Shown here: positions 61,298-64,000 of the stretch, one piece after another
Numbering within the stretch: position 1 is the first letter of the stretch
Layout: the number at the start of each line of letters is the position of its first letter
Origin: Octopus bimaculoides
Lineage: Eukaryota
DNA length: 64,000 nt
NCBI RefSeq assembly: GCF_001194135.2
Contig: NC_068990.1
Location: forward strand, 31,056,476-31,120,475
Direction of reading: 5' to 3'
Notes under the pieces: model-generated
What the model saw: only the letters and a program-made list of their open reading frames with translations
Told to the model about the DNA's origin: nothing
The model's database searches: none
Position numbers and translations under genes: made by a program

Positions 61298-62766
61298 AAA
61301 AGGGATGTAGTGAGAGTTGTCTCCCTTCAATCAGCCGCGCGATTTCCGCTTTTATTGGACTGTTATTCTTTATACAATATTCGTGTGAGTATTAAGGACC
61401 CAAAGTATTGTCTATAATATAGACTTTCGTTAACACTACTGATATTTTGAGGCCCCAAACATTTTTTCCTTTCTTTCTTTCATTATTGAAAGCAAGAAAT
61501 GTGGAGAATATCGGTACTTCATGTCCTACAGACAAAGTTTTTGATGCTACTAGTTGAACATCGACAATAACATGACGGCTCAAGAGATTTATTCTAAACT
61601 ACGATGTATGTCCCATATTTTTCACAATAAAAGGTTAAATATATATCTGCACGGATATTCTTAAAACGGAGCAAAACTGTAGACTTTCGAAATAATTGTC
61701 CCACACAGGTTAGATTTTCTTCGTTTTTGTCGGAATATTCCCAGATATTTTTGTATCACACATTTTGAAAATGACGGTGGGGTGTCTTCCTTAATTTTTT
61801 TTTTTTTTTTGCTTCTACTACGATCCCCTCCCTCATATTACTTTTCGAACAACAGCCACTATTAAATTTTTTAAAGTTATAAATTTATGTTTACTTTAAC
61901 ACCCGACTAATAAAACATTTAAAAAGAAAGTGTAATAGGTGTAAAAATATGTATGTTAACGAATATGAAAACAAAAATTTGCGCCAACAAACCGGAGAGT
62001 GAGAAGAGAACTTTCGGAAAATTCACAAGATCCNNNNNNNNNNNNNNNNNNNNNNNNNNNNNNNNNNNNNNNNNNNNNNNNNNNNNNNNNNNNNNNNNNN
62101 NNNNNNNNNNNNNNNNNNNNNNNNNNNNNNNNNNNNNNNNNNNNNNNNNNNNNNNNNNNNNNNNNNNNNNNNNNNNNNNNNNNNNNNNNNNNNNNNNNNN
62201 NNNNNNNNNNNNNNNNNNNNNNNNNNNNNNNNNNNNNNNNNNNNNNNNNNNNNNNNNNNNNNNNNNNNNNNNNNNNNNNNNNNNNNNNNNNNNNNNNNNN
62301 NNNNNNNNNNNNNNNNNNNNNNNNNNNNNNNNNNNNNNNNNNNNNNNNNNNNNNNNNNNNNNNNNNNNNNNNNNNNNNNNNNNNNNNNNNNNNNNNNNNN
62401 NNNNNNNNNNNNNNNNNNNNNNNNNNNNNNNNNNNNNNNNNNNNNNNNNNNNNNNNNNNNNNNNNNNNNNNNNNNNNNNNNNNNNNNNNNNNNNNNNNNN
62501 NNNNNNNNNNNNNNNNNNNNNNNNNNNNNNNNNNNNNNNNNNNNNNNNNNNNNNNNNNNNNNNNNNNNNNNNNNNNNNNNNNNNNNNNNNNNNNNNNNNN
62601 NNNNNNNNNNNNNNNNNNNNNNNNNNNNNNNNNNNNNNNNNNNNNNNNNNNNNNNNNNNNNNNNNNNNNNNNNNNNNNNNNNNNNNNNNNNNNNNATAAC
62701 TAATATGGCTATGTATCATACATTTTATAGATTTCTTTAATATCAACATTTCTGATTCGTCTACAC

Positions 62767-63287
62767 CAGGGGTGGAAAAACCCCGTTCGTGGGCACAATT
62801 ACGCCCGCGAGCCCATTTTATTGTGCCCGCATGCTAATATACTCGTATGTACAAAATATAGTAAAGTTTTCAATTATGAAATTAATACAATATTCATATG
62901 CTTATTTGCAAGATAGGTCGCGTTTACTCTACTACTTAAATCGGTCAGATTCGAACAGAAATCGTCCGGTAATTGCCATTTGAATGGAAATTTTGTTATC
63001 ACTATAAAACACATATTGCTGTTTGTACCACCCCCTTGAGGCACTACTACATTACAGCTGAAAAATATGGAATACATCACAAGTAATATAAACGTCCTAA
63101 ATTCAGTGGCAGCGTTAACGATGTTACGCGTTAATTTAATGTGTTAAACTTATCATTATGAAGTTATATCGAATTATACTTAGATATATACAAGATTTAC
63201 GCAGATATAAATTAGAACTTGTAACCCGCCCGCGGACCTTTTTCTTTGGAAATTTTTTGCCGCTGCTCTGACGTTTCCCCACCCTTG
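62767..63287. mobile_element. hAT (Charlie-like) MITE, 521 bp
   Basis: TIRs CAGGGGTGGAAAA / TTTCCCCACCCTTG and a perfect 8-bp TSD GTCTACAC (62759-66 / 63288-95). Confidence 0.9.
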
Positions 63288-63809
63288 GTCTACACCATTT
63301 CTGCACCTTGCAAGATTCTGTTTCTGCCACTCACCCCACCCCTCCCATTCTGTCATCATTTAATTTCTGTATCTAAATCCATACTTTTCAAGAAATATAA
63401 TTTTATTGTATTCATTCTAATACTTTCACACACTTACCCCTACTAATTTTTATCCATGTTATTTACTCTCTCTCTCTCGCTCTATCTATGTACCGCTAAA
63501 CGACGTAATTTGTCATTGTCTAAACTTAGTTTTATAAACATGAGGGTTAAAAAATCACGTTTATACTAAAATTTGATCGCATTCTCTTTTCATAAGGGTA
63601 TACATTTTAAAAGACAGTGAGCAAGTACTATAAACTATTAGTGAAAGAAACGCCACCCTTGATTGCTATGATTGAGAGACTTAGAGGTATTAAAGAAGTA
63701 AGTAGACAGTAAATGGAGAATTAACAGGAATAAGATGGGCGGAAAATATATATGTAGACGTAGATTCCAATTTTCATTACTTCTATTTTAACCTTCGTTT
63801 CACCAAGCT

Positions 63810-64000
63810 TGCACAAGAAGGTAGGTCATCTCTAGTACTGTGGATACTCTGTCATTATGGTTTGTCATCTTCATAAGATTCAGCGTTCTGAGATCAGTCT
63901 TCACTACTTCATCCAATACTTTCCTCAGATTCTTTTTACTTTGAGCGCTCTGCACTTCTTCATACAGCTGTCCTCTTCCATACTCATTACATGTGCGGTC
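63810..64000 (-). mobile_element. RTE LINE C-terminal fragment, runs off the window
   Basis: HVMSMEEDSCMKKCRALKV and DEVVKTDLRTLNL, same family as 11945 and 39050. Confidence 0.75.

Larger units (their letters stand above)
2349..62696. other. Twelve assembly N-gaps, most flanked by microsatellites
   Basis: Approx. 2349-2660, 7099-7799, 9158-9192, 19128-19137, 26473-26850, 32523-32670, 38246-38830, 41910-42202, 46402-46450, 54477-55244, 56864-57401, 62034-62696. Confidence 0.95.

Noticed and set aside
515-62749. Many ORFs of poly-IY, CV, TH, SL/ER, S/L or X
   Set aside because: They are translations of microsatellites or run through N-gaps and are not coding.

Overview
AT-rich, microsatellite-dense eukaryotic draft scaffold with 12 N-gaps. 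The repeat content looks octopus/coleoid-like (inference). One large + strand gene spans almost the whole window. I assembled 20 GT-AG exons (319-55875, 2882 nt, ~960 codons) whose splice phases chain without a break. They encode an adhesion GPCR: LRR, LRR, LRRCT, a 12-Cys Ly6/uPAR (three-finger)-like domain, SEA-like, HormR/HRM, GAIN with canonical GPS (HL|TSFALLM), and an ADGRG-like 7TM. The 5' exons lie outside the window and the last exon is uncertain. Most of these exons are missing or truncated in the ORF track. The introns hold decayed mobile DNA: mariner, hAT, a hAT MITE, RTE/CR1/R4-like LINEs, Penelope, Gypsy pol, a solo LTR and several SINE families. Two things stand out: the receptor ectodomain architecture, and a ~550-bp palindromic element (27904-28450) whose arms each carry a tRNA-like Pol III head plus a minimal Penelope-type hammerhead ribozyme.
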